Origin: Chiloscyllium plagiosum
Taxonomy: Eukaryota
Length of the DNA stretch: 64,000 nt
Reading direction: 5' to 3'
NCBI RefSeq assembly: GCF_004010195.1
Contig: NC_057735.1
Location: forward strand, 23,233,122-23,297,121
Part shown: in pieces, positions 63,590-64,000 of the stretch
Layout: the number at the start of each line of letters is the position of its first letter
Numbering within the stretch: the stretch's first letter is position 1
Translations under genes and position numbers: made by a program
The notes under the pieces: generated by a model
The model's input: only the letters and a program-made list of their open reading frames with translations
Databases searched by the model: none
Told to the model about the DNA's origin: nothing

Positions 63590-63790
63590 GTAAGGTTAGC
63601 TAACAGAATGCAAGGTAAGCTAAATTTTAGGGTAAAAATTGTAACCAATGGAGCACCACAAGAATCAGTGCTGAGGCCTGAACTCTTCACCACCTGCATA
63701 TATATGGAGAAACTGAATAATAGGGAAACTTGCCGTTGACACAAAGACAATTAGGAAAATACATGGTGAGGAAAACCGAATGATCCAAGT
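63590..63790 (+). mobile_element. Decayed CR1 RT fragment
   Basis: VTNGAPQESVLRPELFT and KLAVDTK (degenerate GVPQGSVLGP and KFADDTK). Confidence 0.6.
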
Positions 63791-64000
63791 CTTCTGAGAA
63801 GTGGCAATCACCATCAAATCATCACTCTGGGTGAACTTTCTCCAATTTGATGCTGCTCCACATTTCTTGCTGGGGCTTCCAAGCCTAACTTTACTGGAAA
63901 TACAGACAGCAGCATCCCTCAGAGAGGTCCACTGAATTGAAGTAGAATTAAGTGGGGTGTGGGTAGATGTTGAGACGGGGAGACTGGACATGGTTTTATT

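Overview
This is eukaryotic genomic DNA, almost certainly from a shark or other elasmobranch (inferred from HE1-type V-SINEs, a DeuSINE-like tail and the CR1/Penelope families present). I found no host protein-coding exon, rRNA, true tRNA gene or CRISPR array that I can support. The window reads as intergenic or deep-intronic DNA built from layered retroelements. It holds CR1 LINEs (one 5' end with a Zn-finger/SGNH-esterase ORF1, two long ORF2 copies and many 3' fragments), an older CR1/L2-group LINE and its partner tRNA-SINE, and HE1 SINEs. It also holds solo LTRs, decayed Harbinger Myb/SANT remnants and two Penelope-like elements (RT + GIY-YIG). The most striking structure is a set of small non-autonomous Penelope derivatives made of inverted or tandem pseudo-LTRs. 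They carry minimal hammerhead-ribozyme cores (CTGANGA-stem-GAAA) and 14-15 bp target-site duplications, and at least four distinct hammerhead/pLTR families occur here. Hammerheads in Penelope elements are established biology; whether these short cassettes are an independently mobile, undescribed family is inference. Other notes: a premature stop shared by two CR1 copies, several nested insertions that give a relative chronology, a duplicated KLF/SOX/octamer module, and repeat-free AT-rich blocks that resemble conserved enhancers. Boundaries of old decayed elements are approximate (read by eye).
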